Positions 12,202 to 22,288 of a DNA stretch of 64,000 nt are shown here, piece by piece. The translations under genes were made by a program, and so were the position numbers. The first letter of the stretch is position 1. Each line of letters begins with the position of its first letter. Under the pieces are notes generated by a model. That model searched no databases. It had not been told where the DNA came from and saw nothing but the letters and a program-made list of their open reading frames with translations. The stretch lies in the NCBI GenBank assembly GCA_946965045.2, contig OX337231.1, positions 3,844,001 through 3,908,000 of the forward strand. The letters run 5' to 3'. Origin of the DNA: Epithemia pelagica (lineage: Eukaryota > Protista > Bacillariophyta).

Positions 12202-12633
12202 TCCGCATTATGCTTTGATGCAACTTCTGACCGATCGAGACAGTGTGACAATGCCAGAGCCAAGCAACAGACTGGTCTGTGTCAGTGACAAATACTTTTC
12301 CTTCCATCGTCAAATGATCGTATGCAACGCTATGCATCGCCAAGTGTACATCGGTAATGGTGTCGCGATATAGTCCTAGGACCCATTGTTTTTATCATCA
12401 AAGATACAACCAGTAACGCTACAGCAATAACTCATGCTCACATATTTCATTCTATAGTAATAACTCTTCAAACAAACTTGACGAAAAAGACAGTCATTCA
12501 GTCAATGAGCTCCATACTAGAGTCTCGTAAAAGCACAGAAGAAAAGCATCCACATCATTTTTCATTCAATGAGTTCATGATCTCGCTGCGATCAGGCATC
12601 ATCTGTCAGATCCTCTACACAACCGCATCCTTT

Positions 12634-14230
12634 TCAAACGTTTGCATCCCAAACAAATCCAATCTCCGCCAACATTGAAATACGCTCATCTGTCATTTGA
12701 CTCGATTCGTTGCCTTCTTGTCGAAGTCTGTATTCTGTACGTTGCGTTTCCACCCACTGACTCAGCTCTCTGTTTACAGAGTCATCTTCTGGGACATTGC
12801 AGTCTCCGTGAACTTCTTTAAACAGTTTCAGTTCCTCGTATCGTTTCATCCATGTGTTATCCCGTGTTCGCGTCTCCCAATTGAACCCAATCTTCTCTAA
12901 CATTTCAACACGCCAATCTGTCATTGTTTTCGATTCTATGCCTGCTTGTCGAAGTCGGTATGCTTCACGTTGTCTTCGCACCCACCGACCCAACTTTGGG
13001 CTTGGAGTGTAGTCCTGAGGGACATTGCAGTGCCCGTGACTTTGTTGGTACTCTTCCAGTTCCTCGTATCGCGCCATCCATGCGCTTTCCTGTAAATTCC
13101 AGACAAATCCAATCTCCTCCAACAAGGTAACCCGCTCACTTGTCATTTGACTCGACTGTTTACCTTCTTGTTGAAGTCGGTAGTCAGTGCGTTGTTTATG
13201 CACCCACGTACCGAGCTCCTTATTGTTGACAGAGTAGTCTCGAGGGACATTGCAATGTCCGTTAGTTGCTTTGAACTGTTTCAGTTCCTCGTATCGTGTC
13301 CTCCATGCGCTTTCCAATGGATTCCAGACAAATCCAATCTTTTCCAACAAGACTACTCGGTTGCCTGCCATTGGACTGCCAGTGCCTTCCTTCCCTCTGC
13401 GGTAGAGTTGTCTCTGTTTACCCACCCAATGCCCAAGCGAAGGGTTCTCCTTGTACCGATGTGGTACCATGCAATGACCATGTTTTTCCTGAAACTGGAC
13501 CAATTCTTGGTATTGAGCTTTCCACAAAATGTCATATTGGGACTTTTTGGTTGTAGTTTCTGCGTCTTTGCATACAAACAAATGATAAAGTGAGGCTTAC
13601 TATTTCCATGCTGCATTCTGACAAGAACCCCTGCGCAAAAGAGAAACACTTACTTGGTTCAGAAGTCTCAGTGAGATGGTCCCCGTCATGTGAGTTTGCG
13701 GCACTTTCAGACTTCTTAGTTGTAGTTTCTGCGTCTTTGTAAACAAACAAATGATATTGTGAGCCTTGCTATTCCCATACAGCATTCGAACAGGAACTAC
13801 TTTATCAAAGAGAAAGACTTACTTGTTTCAGAAGTTTCGGTGAGATGGTCCCCGTCATGTAAGTTTGCGGCACTTTCAGACTTCTTAGTTGTAGTTTCTA
13901 CGTCTTTGTATACGAACCAATGAGCTAGTGAGCTTTGCTATTCCCATGCTGCATTCTGAGAAGGACCACTGCATCAAAGAAAAAAGACTTACTTGTTTCA
14001 GAATTCGTAGTGAGTCCTTCCCCGTCCTGTGACTTTGCGGCAAAGTGGCGGATGGGTGTCCAGTTGTTCTTCGTGGTCAACAACTTTGAAAAGAGGTCAA
14101 TCCGTGGTGTTGTGTCATGATTGCCTTGCGGAAGCAAACGAACAATGGAACTTCGATCAAGTCGGCGAGACGCTGACGTTTTAGCCAGCGTTCGAGTGGC
14201 CAACCAACGTGCTTGTCGATGAAATAGCAT
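12634..14230 (-). CDS. HA-repeat protein HA2 (4 HA domains) with predicted mitochondrial presequence, 437 aa, 4 exons
   Basis: Exons 14230-13993, 13897-13823, 13728-13654 and 13559-12634; introns of 95, 94 and 94 nt with GTAAGT..YAG; 1314 nt in frame. Presequence begins MLFHRQARWLATRTLAKTS. Confidence 0.88.
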
Positions 14231-14596
14231 ACTGTTGTTTTCTACGAACTTGTGTTCAAAGCTAGTCTTGTCTCTTATGTACCAAGAGAAATTATGAGCC
14301 GTCGTTGTGAAACTGTGGCCGGAGTATGCTCGGTCGATATGAATCAAGTTTTTGTGTGGTTTACATGAAAACTTGGGCACAGTCCGAATCAGTCCATTTC
14401 AGTCACGAGTTGTGGATCCCGCGCGAGCATCGCATCGAAGTTACCATAGGAATACCAAACTTCTGCTCGAAGAAGCCGTGCTATATAGCTCGAAAGCATC
14501 AGGCATTGGTCCGGAGGAGGAAAGAAAGCACTGTATCACTCTCATTCCTCTGCATTGTCATGTTTCGTGTTCCTCTGCCTCATTCTCTTGGTGCCC

Positions 14597-16424
14597 TTAG
14601 ATTGTTTCGTTTGCCGAGGCCCTCTCAAACTTCCACCAACCTCTTGACGGAATTGGGGTTGGTCGGCCATGACGCGCAAGACGCTCCATGCTTGCACAAA
14701 GTCGACATTGTCATCTTGTCGTCGAATCAAGACGGCCGCTTGACAGGGATCTTCCAGTGGATCGTTTTCAAAGCGTGGTTGTTGCTGTTGTCGGTTTTGG
14801 AGATAGGCGGTGACATCGTCCTGAGCGTCGTTTTGTTGGGTTTGGTGCTCCACGGAAGAAATGGACGACGACGACGACGAGTCGATTGCATTACAGGTGG
14901 TATCTTGATGTTTGTCAGGCGTCATTTGAAACAAGCGCATAAAGTTGGAATCGATCCGATCCTTCATGGCAAACACCCATGCTCCATACACATAAATCCC
15001 AAAGAGAAGACCCAAAGCCTTTCCCGGTGGCCGCGCGTCGCAGACCAAGAGTCGGAGAAAGTCGGTTTGGGGCTGATATTCGACCAACTCGATTGATGCT
15101 TGTTTCGATGGATTCGTCAATAGCAAGTAATTGAGGTACCGGGTCAGATTTTGCACGAGAATCGGACCGGCCCGTACGGCATAGACACCAGCCTTGGGAG
15201 GCCATGCCCTACCAGTGTCTACTGAGGACTTGTCGTCGTCGTTGTCCTTGTTCTGGTGCTTGTTGTTGTTTGGTTGGACCATGGTGGCACAATCACCGGC
15301 GGCAAAGACAAAGGGATGCGAAGTGGATTGCAAAGTCTGATGAACGGCAATCCATCCTTCGGGAGTAACCTTCAGCCATGAGTGGTTGTCGGTGTTTGTC
15401 GTGAAAGGACCTTGTGGTGGTTGATTTGGAAACGACATGCAATTGGCGCGAACCAATTCTTGCGGACCGGCACCGGTTGCCCAAATACAATGGTCAAAGG
15501 GCAATTCTAATGGAGTGGGTGGTTCTGGTTCTGGTTCTTCATTCGTATTGTTCGCAGTGCCTGGTTCGTGATGTTGGTGTTGTTGGAGAAGGAGTTTGTT
15601 CGATAAAACTTGTGTGACGCGACAATTGGGTTGGACTGTGATATTGTTGTGGGCAAAGAGCTCGTGTAGCTTGGCTCGTACAATGGTGCTTTCGTGAGGC
15701 CACAGCGTTGGAGATGACGACACAAGAGTGACGTGTGGATGTAAACCATCCAAACTCCATCGAGATGCCAGAGCCAAGGCCAATTCAACACCGGCCACAC
15801 CGGCTCCCACTACAATGATCCGTAGTGGTTTCTGGTCGAAGGATTGTTGCTGTTGTTGTTTTTGTTTTTGTATAAGAGCTTGTTGTCGGGCGTCTTGCAA
15901 TCGTTGGACCAAGGCTGCAATGGGTCGAGTGGGAATGGTATACTCTTGCGCTCCTGGAATGACATGCCAGTCGCGACTGGCACTGCCGACATCGAGCGAC
16001 AGGACATCAAACGGAATGGTTGTTTGTGACGTCGTAAGAGTCTTGTCCTGGACATTGACCTGAGTGACAGTTTCGGGTACAAACTGAATGTTGGCCAGAT
16101 CAATTTGTGTCGTTGCAACGTTGGGATACAAATTCGCAATGGCACCGGGTACCATCCCCGAATAGGAAGCCTACGATTGACCATCAATCTAGGTAACCTT
16201 GAATTCATCTTGTGGTCGATGTTTCATGGCTTGAATCACTTGCAAATGAGCAGGACCACCGCCGAAAAAGACCAACTGCAAGGGTTTGTTGGTCGTCGTC
16301 GTCGTCGTCGTCGTCGTCATTCTCCTCGAGGGTAGGATTTCCAGCATCTGTAACTGGACGTCGGTCTTCGTTCGGTCCGAATCGTGCATCGGTTAGTACG
16401 ACAAAGGGTCCTCCTCCTATACAT
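14597..16424 (-). pseudogene. Full-length but inactivated FAD oxidoreductase copy (OR-B)
   Basis: Two in-frame TAGs near 16170-16190 (KVT*IDGQS*ASYSGMVP against KVTLIDGQSQASYSGMVP in OR-D). Also a frameshift in the presequence, a ~10-nt deletion near 14640, and GGGHAH changed to GGGPAH. Confidence 0.88.
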
Positions 16425-17363
16425 GGCTATTGTTGTTGTTGTTCTTGTTTGTAGTGAGGGTGGTTCCGAACGGAAGACGGGCGTAGTACAAGTAGTACTT
16501 CAAAAATCGCCGTTTGTTGCCAATGCTCCTGGTGTCCTTTCCTCTGGTTTCTGCCTTGTTGATGGTTCAAGAGCCTTTCGACCCGTCTTTTTCGTTCGAA
16601 ACCAAACCACCACCACCACCCCATTTTGTCAGAAGATCCAGATCCGATGGATAAGCAGGCAAAGTTGCCATCGCGATAGGCTGTGGTCACTGCCATGACA
16701 CAGACACAAGAAGAGAGCCAGTTGAAACACACGACATCCTTATCACCAAACACGAGACTGCCACCAACACGACGGAAAATGCAAACAAGAAGGGCGATGG
16801 ATACTTGAAAACTCTGAAAGTAGATGTTTTCCCAGGAACGAGCGAGAATGAGAAACGAGCCTCAGGATTGTGGTTGTCGCAAGCCTCTGTAAGGGGTATT
16901 TTTTGCTACTCGTGTCATCAAAAAAAGGGCCACATTTTGTGGCGCAATCATTTGGGCAATCGTCGCAGCAAGGGTTTTCGTGGGTATTAAAGTAGGGTAG
17001 TGTTCTTCATCCACATTCTCATAGTCTTCTTCCTCTTCTTCGTTTTGTTGCTGTTGTTGTGTCGTCGTCATGGACTTGCTCTTGTTCTTGTCGTCGTCGT
17101 CTTGGTTGTGGAACTCCGCTGCACCCGACGGTTGATTGTTGCGCTGTGTTGCTGCCCTAGACCCTCGAGGTACGTGCGACATTGCCCCGACGGTGGGTGT
17201 TGCTGCCCTCGAACGGTTGATTGTTGTGCTCGTCTAAACCGACCCCGCTGCCTCGCACCTCGAGGGTCCGATCGCCAAACAACATGAAACGCCAACAACA
17301 ACAACACGCAGCAATCCAACACGCACAAAAACAAAATACGATTGACCAAAAATACGATTGACC

Positions 17364-18308
17364 ATGATGATGTGTGATTGTGATTACTGTTACGAAAAGA
17401 TGATCAGCTCCGAATGGGCTCTGTTAGTTGCTCCTTTTGTGACTCTCATACTGTGTTACGGTGTCGCTGATGTCCTCGATGAGGCGAAACTTATCGTCCA
17501 ACACCTGTTTCGGGTCATTTTCAACAAGAAAAGTCGTACTACAAGTAGCGAACACGCGGAGCTTCGACACGAACATGCGGAGCTTCGACAGCTTCGACAC
17601 GACAAAGCTCAGCTTCAACAACAGCTGGCCATTGCCGAAGCAAAGCTTGCTGCGAAGAACTGCAAGAATGGTCGGCAGGAAGATGGAGAGATGGAGATTC
17701 GCGATCGCGAGGAGGCGGTCGACGTCGACACTGTTGCTGTTCTGCCTTGCGAGTTCGACGCTGACTTGGACTTCCCTCCTCTCGCACTCGTAGATGATCT
17801 CGAGGACGACGAGGAGACCCCTCTGGTTCCAGTCGACCGTCCTGAGCCTGAACCCGCGCTCATCCCCGACGACGACGACGACGACGACGAGATCACTTTG
17901 GGGCACGACTCACCCCCTCGAAATTCCACCCCTTCTTCCATGGTCGCCACCCCTCCTTCCCCCACCCCCACCCAAAACGATACCTCGCCTCACATCGATG
18001 AGAATGCCCCCCAAAGCGTGATCGAGAGTTCCTCCGGCCCCGAGGACTCCCCGCGTTTGGGCAGGATCCTTGTTGTTGCCTACTCCAAAAAGGCACGCCG
18101 AATGGTGCACGTTCGACGATCCGCTCGTCTTTTGTCCGCGGGTACGGGTAGTGGTGCTGTTGAAAACAATCCAAAAAATCCAAAAAACCCAGAAAAAGCA
18201 AAAAAATCCAAAAAACCCAGAAAAAGCAAAAAAATCCAAAAAACCCAGAAAAAAACATGTCGGTTGTCGGTTGCTGGTGGTATGTGCGAACAGTCGTGTC
18301 GGTTATGA
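17364..18308 (+). CDS. Hypothetical protein (N-terminal hydrophobic helix, coiled coil, acidic/Pro-rich region, RRSARL motif); C-terminus uncertain
   Basis: Long ORF with a coherent composition; its last ~45 codons run through a 28-bp (non-triplet) tandem repeat. Confidence 0.5.
   Translation: MMMCDCDYCYEKMISSEWALLVAPFVTLILCYGVADVLDEAKLIVQHLFRVIFNKKSRTTSSEHAELRHEHAELRQLRHDKAQLQQQLAIAEAKLAAKNCKNGRQEDGEMEIRDREEAVDVDTVAVLPCEFDADLDFPPLALVDDLEDDEETPLVPVDRPEPEPALIPDDDDDDDEITLGHDSPPRNSTPSSMVATPPSPTPTQNDTSPHIDENAPQSVIESSSGPEDSPRLGRILVVAYSKKARRMVHVRRSARLLSAGTGSGAVENNPKNPKNPEKAKKSKKPRKSKKIQKTQKKTCRLSVAGGMCEQSCRL
18173..18256 (+). repeat. 28-bp tandem repeat x3 (AAAAAATCCAAAAAACCCAGAAAAAGCA)
   Basis: Units start at 18173, 18201 and 18229. 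Confidence 0.85.
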
Positions 18309-18501
18309 ATCTTTCCTACTCAACCTACTCACTCAATACCCCTTACCGATTGCTAAATTTTACTCCTACTCCTACATCAGCTGAGTCTAGCTAGAGTCCT
18401 TGTCGGAGACGTCCTTGTTGGTGGTCCTTGTTGGTGTGTCCGTTCGGTCGGTGTTATCACAAAACCCTGGTGGCATGAGGACTTGTCCTTGTGTCACCAG
18501 G

Positions 18502-18537
18502 TATCTGGCATGGAGACTTTGGTCTCTGTGCCAGATA
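18502..18537. other. 16-bp stem, 4-nt loop hairpin
   Basis: TATCTGGCATGGAGAC-TTTG-GTCTCTGTGCCAGATA gives 14 Watson-Crick and 2 G-T pairs. Confidence 0.8.
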
Positions 18538-19050
18538 GAGATTAGGGCTACCTCTTGATTAGCCTACTCACCCTGGGCACTCGTGTTCAGATGGTGGGGA
18601 CGAGCAACGAGTTAGAGGCTCCTCTGATTGCCTCAGGAGTTACATACAATACGGCGTGGGGTGTGCCATATAGTTGCCTGACAGGCGTCCATTGACGTCC
18701 TGTCGCCTCCACCGTTCAAATTGTATGTTCTCCTAGAGATTAGGGCTACCTCTTGATTAGCCTACTCACCGTGGGCACTCGTGTCCAGATGGTGGGGAGT
18801 TTGGGGGCTCCTCTGATTAGCCTCAGGAGTACATACAATACGGTCGCCTCGTCCTCCGTTCAAATTGTATGTACTCCAAGAGATTAGGGCTACCTCTTGA
18901 TTAGCCTACTCACCCTGGGCACTCGTGTCCAGATGGTGGGGACGACTTACGAGTTTGGGGTTTCCTCTGATAAGCCTCTGGGGTGTGCCATAGTGCCTGT
19001 CAGGCGTCCATTGACGTCCTGTCGCCTCACCCGTTCATTGTACAGCCGCG
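18537..19050. repeat. Three degenerate tandem units (starts 18537, 18735, 18879) sharing a ~65-bp conserved head
   Basis: AGAGATTAGGGCTACCTCTTGATTAGCCTACTCACC(C/G)TGGGCACTCGTGT(T/C)CAGATGGTGGGGA occurs three times, with variable tails. Confidence 0.9.
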
Positions 19051-19098
19051 TTGACGTCGCGAGCGGGCTTTCCACCAAGAGCTGTACGCACTAGACTA

Positions 19099-19578
19099 TC
19101 AAGCTTGTCTGGTTCCGAGTTGTCGTGGTCTGGATGGAAAAACGAAGTCTGATGAGATGGGTGCGTTGGCGGTCTTTGTTGATGCAACTGGCGACGTATA
19201 CGGTCGTGTGCTGCGATTCATCTTGCTTGATGTTCTTTCAATGGACGTCCGTTTGCTCGGGGATGAACGCTTCCCATGCTCGTGGTCTTCAAGGTATCCA
19301 CGTTCAAAATGGCCAAGTGAAGCATGACGATGCTTGCCGTGACCAAACACAGTATGTTCGTGATGATGCATTCCAGCCGATGTGGCATTGCGACTGCTGT
19401 CCACAATTTTGTCCTGTGGCTTGACAAACAGTATCGTTGCTGCGATCGACCACGAAATCATGAGAAGAAGTACTATCCAGCACGTAAACAACGACCCAGA
19501 CACTCTGTCACAAATTGCGGGAGCTTCGAAGATAGCACGACTCTGCTGAAATGCGCAGCACATCGAAGGCGGTGGCAA
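19099..19578 (-). CDS. Possible hypothetical membrane protein or gene fragment
   Basis: 159-codon ORF with one hydrophobic helix and a His-rich segment, but a TTG start and no recognisable domain. Confidence 0.25.
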   Translation of the reverse strand: MPPPSMCCAFQQSRAIFEAPAICDRVSGSLFTCWIVLLLMISWSIAATILFVKPQDKIVDSSRNATSAGMHHHEHTVFGHGKHRHASLGHFERGYLEDHEHGKRSSPSKRTSIERTSSKMNRSTRPYTSPVASTKTANAPISSDFVFPSRPRQLGTRQA

Positions 19579-19680
19579 GATCTTTGGTTCTAAAAGCCGT
19601 ATGCGGACAAGTGATCCGTGAATACCTTTGCACGCAAGGCATCCTCTGCATTGTCGTGTTTCGTGTTCCTCTGCCTCACT

Positions 19681-21517
19681 TTATTGGTGCCTACCAGTTG
19701 TTTCGTTTGCCGAGGCTCTCTCCAACTTCCACCACTGGTCCAAAACCTCTTGACGGAATTGGGGTTGGTCGGCCATGATGCGCAAGACGCTCCATGCTTG
19801 CACAAAGTCGACACTGTCATCTTGTCGTCGAATCAAGACGGCTGCTTGATAGGGATCTTCCAGTGGATCGTTTTCGGGGCGTGGTTGTTGCTTTCGTCGG
19901 TTTTCGATATAGTCGGTGACATCGTCCTGGGCGTCGTATTGTTGGGTTTGGTACGGTACGGAAGAACTGGAGGACGACGAAGAAGAGTCGGTTGCATTAG
20001 AAGTTGGGTCTTGGTGTTTGTCCTGCGTCATTTGAAACAAGCGCATAAAGTTGGAATCGATCCGATCCTTCATGGCAAAGACCCATGCTCCATACACATA
20101 AATCCCAAAGCGAAGGCCCAAAGCCTTGCCGGGTGGCCGCGCGTCGCAGACCAAGAGTCGGAGAAAGTCGGTTTGGGGTTGATATTCGACCAGCACGAGT
20201 GATGCTTGGTTTGATGGAGTCGCTAACAACAAGTCATTGAGGTACCGGGTCGGATTTTGCACGAGAATGGGACCGGCACGTACGGCATAGACACCAGCCT
20301 TGGGAGGCCATGCCTTGGTAGTTAAAACTGGAGACTTGTCGTCTTTGTGGTTGTTGTTTCGTTGGACCATGGTGGCACAATCTCCGGCGGCAAAGACAAA
20401 AGGATGCGAAGTGGATTGCAACGTGGGATGAACGGCAATCCATCCTTCGGGAGTAACCTCTAGCCATGAGTGGTTGTCGGTGTTTGTCGTAGAAGGACCT
20501 TGTGCTTGTTCATTTGAAGACGACAGGCAATTGGTGCGAACCAAGTCTTGGGGACCGGCACCGGTTGCCCAAATACAATGGTCAAAAGGCAATTCCAGTG
20601 GAGTGGGTGGTTCTGGTTCCGGTCCTTCATTTGTATTCTTCACATTGCCTGGTTCGTTTTGTGGCTGTTGTTGGAGAAGGAGTTTGTCCGGTAAGACTTG
20701 TGTGACACGACAATGAGGTTGGAGTGTGATATTGTTGTGGGCAGAGAGCTCGTGTAGCTTGGCTTTTACAATGGTGCTTTCGTGAGGCCACACGGTTGGA
20801 GACGACGATACGAGAGTGACGTGTGGATTTAAACCATCCAAACTCCATCGAGAAGCCAGAGCCAAGGCCAATTCAACACCAGCCACACCGGCTCCCACCA
20901 CAATAATCCGTAGGGGTTTCTTTGATTGCTGTTGTTGGTTGCGTATTAGAGCTTGTTGTCGGGCGTCTTGCAATCGTTGGACCAAGGCCGCAATGGGTCG
21001 AGTGGGAATGGTATACTCTTGCGCTCCTGGAATGACATGCCAGTCACGACTGGCACTGCCCACATCGAGCGACAGGACATCAAACGGAAAGGTTGTTTGA
21101 GACGTCGTAAGAGTCTTGTCCTGCACATTTACCCGAGTAACAGTTTCGGGTACAAAGTGAATGTTGGATGCTTTCGACAAGGCTGCCAAATCAATTTGTG
21201 TCGCAATGGCACCTGGTACCATACCTGAATACGAAGCTTGTGATTGACCGTCCACCAACGTAAGCTTGACTTGTTCTTGTGATCGATGTTTCATGGCTTG
21301 AATCACTTGCAAATGAGCAGGACCACCGCCGACAAAGACCAACTGCAAGGGTTTGTTGGTCACCGCCGAACAAGACCAAGTGCGACGGTTTGTGGGTCGT
21401 CGTCGAAGTCATGCTCCTCCTCCAGGCCAGAATGCGCCAGCACCCGAGACTGGTCCTCGCTCTCCGTTCGGTGCCATTCGCGTATCTGGTAATACTACAA
21501 AGGGCCCTCCTATACAT
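19681..21517 (-). pseudogene. Chimeric FAD oxidoreductase copy (OR-C) with a frameshift at the first GxGxxG motif
   Basis: The ATG at 21517 gives MYRRALCS...MTSTTTHKPSHLVLFGG, and a 37-bp duplication then shifts the frame. The downstream 560 codons (19681-21363) are open but begin with GTG. Confidence 0.8.
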
Positions 21518-22288
21518 GGCTGTTCAGTTGGTTTGAGGGTATCAGAAGAAGCACTCGAAAATTGCCTTTTGCTGCCAATCCTCCTGTTGACTGTAATTCT
21601 CGCCTCTTTCTTGGGGTTGGATCATGAGCCTTGTGACCAGTCTTCTTCAGAAAACAATCAGAAACCTTAATTGTCCACTGAGAGTGAAAGTGTCGCGTTG
21701 TTGGAGTTGTTTGGCGAAGGGAAAACGAGAGACGCAAATGGTCGGCTTGCGGTATGCAGGGCGTGCTACAATTATTGTTAATTATATATTTGAAAATTTG
21801 TTTTCCTTCGCGCCAGGCGAGTACCTCGAACCGTCCCGCCCCGCGCCTTAATCTCCCAAGGGGCCCCCTTTTCGCTTCCGCCCAAATTTTTGCAAATGGC
21901 ACAGCACAGGGAGATGAAAGAGGAACACCTCCCGGAGTCCCTCATATGTAACATTGAGTCGTTGACCCGAATCAGCTTTCGAGTAAAATTTTATATTCTT
22001 CATGGATGACACACGAATACCTCCACAAAGACGTGGAGCACCTTTCGAGCTTGCCGAGAGACATCAAGGATGAATCATTTCGATGACGAGACGGATTATA
22101 GTCTCATTTCTCCTCCATCGAAACAAATTTGGAGCCAAACGGATCAATCGGTGAGTCCTGGCAATCATTTGCTAGTGCACCAAGTTCTAGGAGGAAAAAA
22201 TAGGAGTATCAACCTAGCGGATGACCTTGTGCCATAATTGACCAATTTTACCATTTTAGCTCGACAACCATCACTATTCTCCATGATC

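Larger units (their letters stand above)
11220..16650. repeat. Segmental duplication unit, direct copy of ~25065-30445 (offset 13,699 bp across the HA gene)
   Basis: All HA2 exon boundaries map to HA4 at +13699, and the last exons differ by only 3 aa. Both units have the same junction of an oxidoreductase remnant to the ART 3' end (11527 and 25206). Confidence 0.9.

Noticed and set aside
12634-13581. ORF-track starts for the HA genes (e.g. MFVCKDAET...)
   Set aside because: These are TTG codons inside the last intron. The real ATGs are in exon 1, several hundred bp upstream.
16165-16195. Two in-frame TAGs in OR-B as programmed readthrough or recoding (given the SelD association)
   Set aside because: They are TAG rather than TGA, the paralogues have Leu and Gln there, and the same copy has frameshifts at both ends. 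Ordinary pseudogenisation explains them.
18540-18890. TTAGGG in each unit of the 18.5-kb repeat as telomeric sequence
   Set aside because: There is only one hexamer per unit and no tandem telomeric tract.
16650-19640. The unique insert as a Pack-MULE or other TIR element
   Set aside because: No terminal inverted repeats or target-site duplication were found at the inferred boundaries.
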